DNA of 64,000 bases from contig CAWJQU010000005.1 in the NCBI GenBank assembly GCA_963845145.1, positions 448,001 to 512,000 on the forward strand, in the 5' to 3' direction. Positions 61,972 through 64,000 of this stretch are shown one piece after another. A program made the translations under genes and the position numbers. The notes under the pieces are model-generated. The model saw only the letters and a program-made list of their open reading frames with translations. It was not told the origin of the DNA and searched no databases. Origin of the DNA: an uncultured delta proteobacterium (GTDB taxonomy: Bacteria > Desulfobacterota > Desulfobacteria > Desulfobacterales > QNYZ01). Position 1 is the stretch's first letter. The number at the start of each line of letters is the position of its first letter.

Positions 61972-63117
61972 ATGGCTTCCAAACGCACTACCGAGATGAC
62001 GTCCTTTATCGTTATGGACGTGTTGGAAAAAGCCTGCGAAATGGAGAAAAGCGGCCAGAACGTCGTGCACCTTGAAGTTGGGGAGCCCGATTTCGATACG
62101 CCGGCCTGTGTAAAAGCGGCAATATGCCAGGCGCTGGAGGACGGCCATACCCACTATACCCACAGCCTGGGTATACCGGCTTTAAGAGAAGCCATTTGTG
62201 AATATTATACCGAGACTTATGGTGTGTCGATGGATCCTGGTCAGGTGGTTATTACCTCAGGGACCTCACCGGCAATGTTTCTCGTTTTTTCCACGCTCCT
62301 TGATCCCCGTGATGAAGTCATCATTTCCGACCCCCATTATGCCTGTTATCCTAATTTTATTCGATTTGCCGACGGGGTTCCCATATCCGTGCCGGTATAT
62401 GAAGATGACGGATTTCAATACCGGCCGGCGATGATCGAAGAAAAAATATCAACGAAAACACAGGCAATCCTGATCAACTCGCCATCCAACCCAACCGGTA
62501 ATTTGCTCTCTGCCAAACGGATGGAAGCCTTGGCTCACTTGGGACCGCTGATCGTTTCCGATGAAATTTACCATGGCCTGGTTTATGAGGGGGAACAGCA
62601 CAGTATTCTTGAATTCACCGAAGACGCCATTGTATTGAACGGATTTTCCAAGCTATACGCAATGACCGGCCTGCGTTTGGGATATTTGATTGCCCCCAAG
62701 CGATTCATTCGGCCAATTCAAAAATTGCATCAGAATTTTTTCATTTCTACCAATGCCGCCGTTCAAGTGGCAGGCATTGCAGCCTTGAAAGAGGCCGGTG
62801 ATGATGTCGCGCATATGAGGCATACCTACGACCAGCGACGACGCTATATGGTGCAGCGACTCAAATCCTTGGGTTTCGGTATCACCGTCGAGCCCACCGG
62901 CGCCTTCTACGTTTTTGCCAACGCCGGGCATTTAAGCGACAACTCCTATCAACTGGCTTTCGATATTCTAGAGAAGGCCCATGTGGGCGTGGCCCCCGGT
63001 ATTGATTTTGGCCCGGGGGGAGAGGGCTATTTGCGGTTTTCCTATGCCAATTCCATGGCCAATATCGAAAAGGGGCTCAATCGTATCGAAACGTATTTAT
63101 CCCGGCATTTATGCTGA
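61972..63117 (+). CDS. Class I/II PLP-dependent aminotransferase (aspartate aminotransferase-like)
   Basis: GEPDF, SPSNPTG, SDEIY, GFSK.YAMTG.RLG. Confidence 0.92.
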   Translation: MASKRTTEMTSFIVMDVLEKACEMEKSGQNVVHLEVGEPDFDTPACVKAAICQALEDGHTHYTHSLGIPALREAICEYYTETYGVSMDPGQVVITSGTSPAMFLVFSTLLDPRDEVIISDPHYACYPNFIRFADGVPISVPVYEDDGFQYRPAMIEEKISTKTQAILINSPSNPTGNLLSAKRMEALAHLGPLIVSDEIYHGLVYEGEQHSILEFTEDAIVLNGFSKLYAMTGLRLGYLIAPKRFIRPIQKLHQNFFISTNAAVQVAGIAALKEAGDDVAHMRHTYDQRRRYMVQRLKSLGFGITVEPTGAFYVFANAGHLSDNSYQLAFDILEKAHVGVAPGIDFGPGGEGYLRFSYANSMANIEKGLNRIETYLSRHLC

Positions 63118-63137
63118 CACTTACCTGGTGAGAAACC

Positions 63138-63728
63138 ATGATCATCCATACTGCTAAATTCATCACCAGTGCCACCAAACCATCCCAATATCCTCCCGAG
63201 GCATTGCCGGAAATCGCTTTTTCCGGACGATCCAATGTGGGAAAATCGTCATTAATTAATATTTTAGTCAACCGCAAACGTCTGGTTAAAACATCGCGGA
63301 CACCGGGGCGGACCCAGCTAATCAATTTTTTTTCAGTTAATGACCGCCTCATGATGGTCGATTTACCGGGCTATGGCTATGCCAAAGTTCCGGCCGCGGT
63401 GCGTAAAAATTGGCGCCCCATGATCGAGAGCTACCTTATCGGCCGTGGGACCTTGAAAGGCGTTGTTCTGTTATTGGACATACGCCGGTCTCCGGATGAA
63501 CGGGAACAGCTGTATGTGGATTGGCTGGTGCAAAACCATCTACTGGTCATCCCCGTTCTCACAAAATCGGATAAATTGTCAAAAGCCGCTCAGAAACGCC
63601 AATTTCAACAATTCGAGGAAATGATCGGCTTCGGGCGGTTTACCCCCATTCTTTTTTCGGCAAAAACCAGACAAGGGCGAGAAGTGGTATGGAAAGCCAT
63701 TGAGAAGGCGGTCCAAATGGAAGAATAA
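63138..63728 (+). CDS. engB: Ribosome biogenesis GTPase YihA/YsxC
   Basis: GRSNVGKS, PGRT, DLPGYG, TKSD. Confidence 0.95.
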   Translation: MIIHTAKFITSATKPSQYPPEALPEIAFSGRSNVGKSSLINILVNRKRLVKTSRTPGRTQLINFFSVNDRLMMVDLPGYGYAKVPAAVRKNWRPMIESYLIGRGTLKGVVLLLDIRRSPDEREQLYVDWLVQNHLLVIPVLTKSDKLSKAAQKRQFQQFEEMIGFGRFTPILFSAKTRQGREVVWKAIEKAVQMEE

Positions 63729-63810
63729 CGATGTTCAGCTTGACAATAAAGTCGAAAATGGTCATATTTCAGGAAATATGTAATTACAATAACACAAACC
63801 GAAAGAGGAT

Positions 63811-64000
63811 ATGATGAAAAAACTACTCATTCTATTCGGTATTATCGGCTTGCTTTTACCCAATACGGTCTTGGGCGACACAGATTTTATCGGTGGATTA
63901 CGAAATGTCCAGGGTATCGCTTTGGTCAAACGGGGTACACAGGAGATTCCGGCCGAAAATGGCTTGCGGATCCATTTAAATGATATCCTCATAACGCAGG
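63811..64000 (+). CDS. Exported protein, probably FecR-domain (truncated by the window end)
   Basis: Manual translation MMKKLLILFGIIGLLLPNTVLGDTDFIGGLRNVQGIALVKRGTQEIPAENGLRIHLNDILITQ after a GAGG RBS. Confidence 0.6.
   Translation, partial: MMKKLLILFGIIGLLLPNTVLGDTDFIGGLRNVQGIALVKRGTQEIPAENGLRIHLNDILITQ

Overview
Bacterial chromosomal DNA. The gene content (ahbB, cysG-ccsA-hemA, TAXI TRAP, a UGA-readthrough selenoprotein) suggests an anaerobic Desulfobacterota-type organism; this is inference. Positions 1-16.2 kb are the visible part of a type II FAS/PKS-like unusual-lipid cluster that continues beyond the left edge. It has a LolA-like carrier, FabG, three dehydratases, two ACPs, a KS-CLF fusion, two more FabF-type KSs, a thioesterase, an MMPL transporter fused to a methyltransferase, a B12-binding radical SAM enzyme and a tandem pair of paralogous radical SAM enzymes. 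A two-gene ebo module (eboE, eboD-like) plus a HAD phosphatase converges on it. Positions 19.6-33.4 kb are accessory genes, including a 74-aa selenoprotein missed by the ORF track (in-frame UGA plus SECIS-like hairpin) and a phosphoesterase/ParB-AsnC pair. Positions 33-64 kb are mostly housekeeping: mtnA, ahbB, ahcY, metK, heme genes, dksA, rnc, a two-component system, TRAP transporter, PBP1A, hisIG and engB. Five genes, including metK and ahcY, carry single-base frameshifts, most likely assembly indel errors. No rRNA, tRNA, CRISPR array or transposase was recognised.
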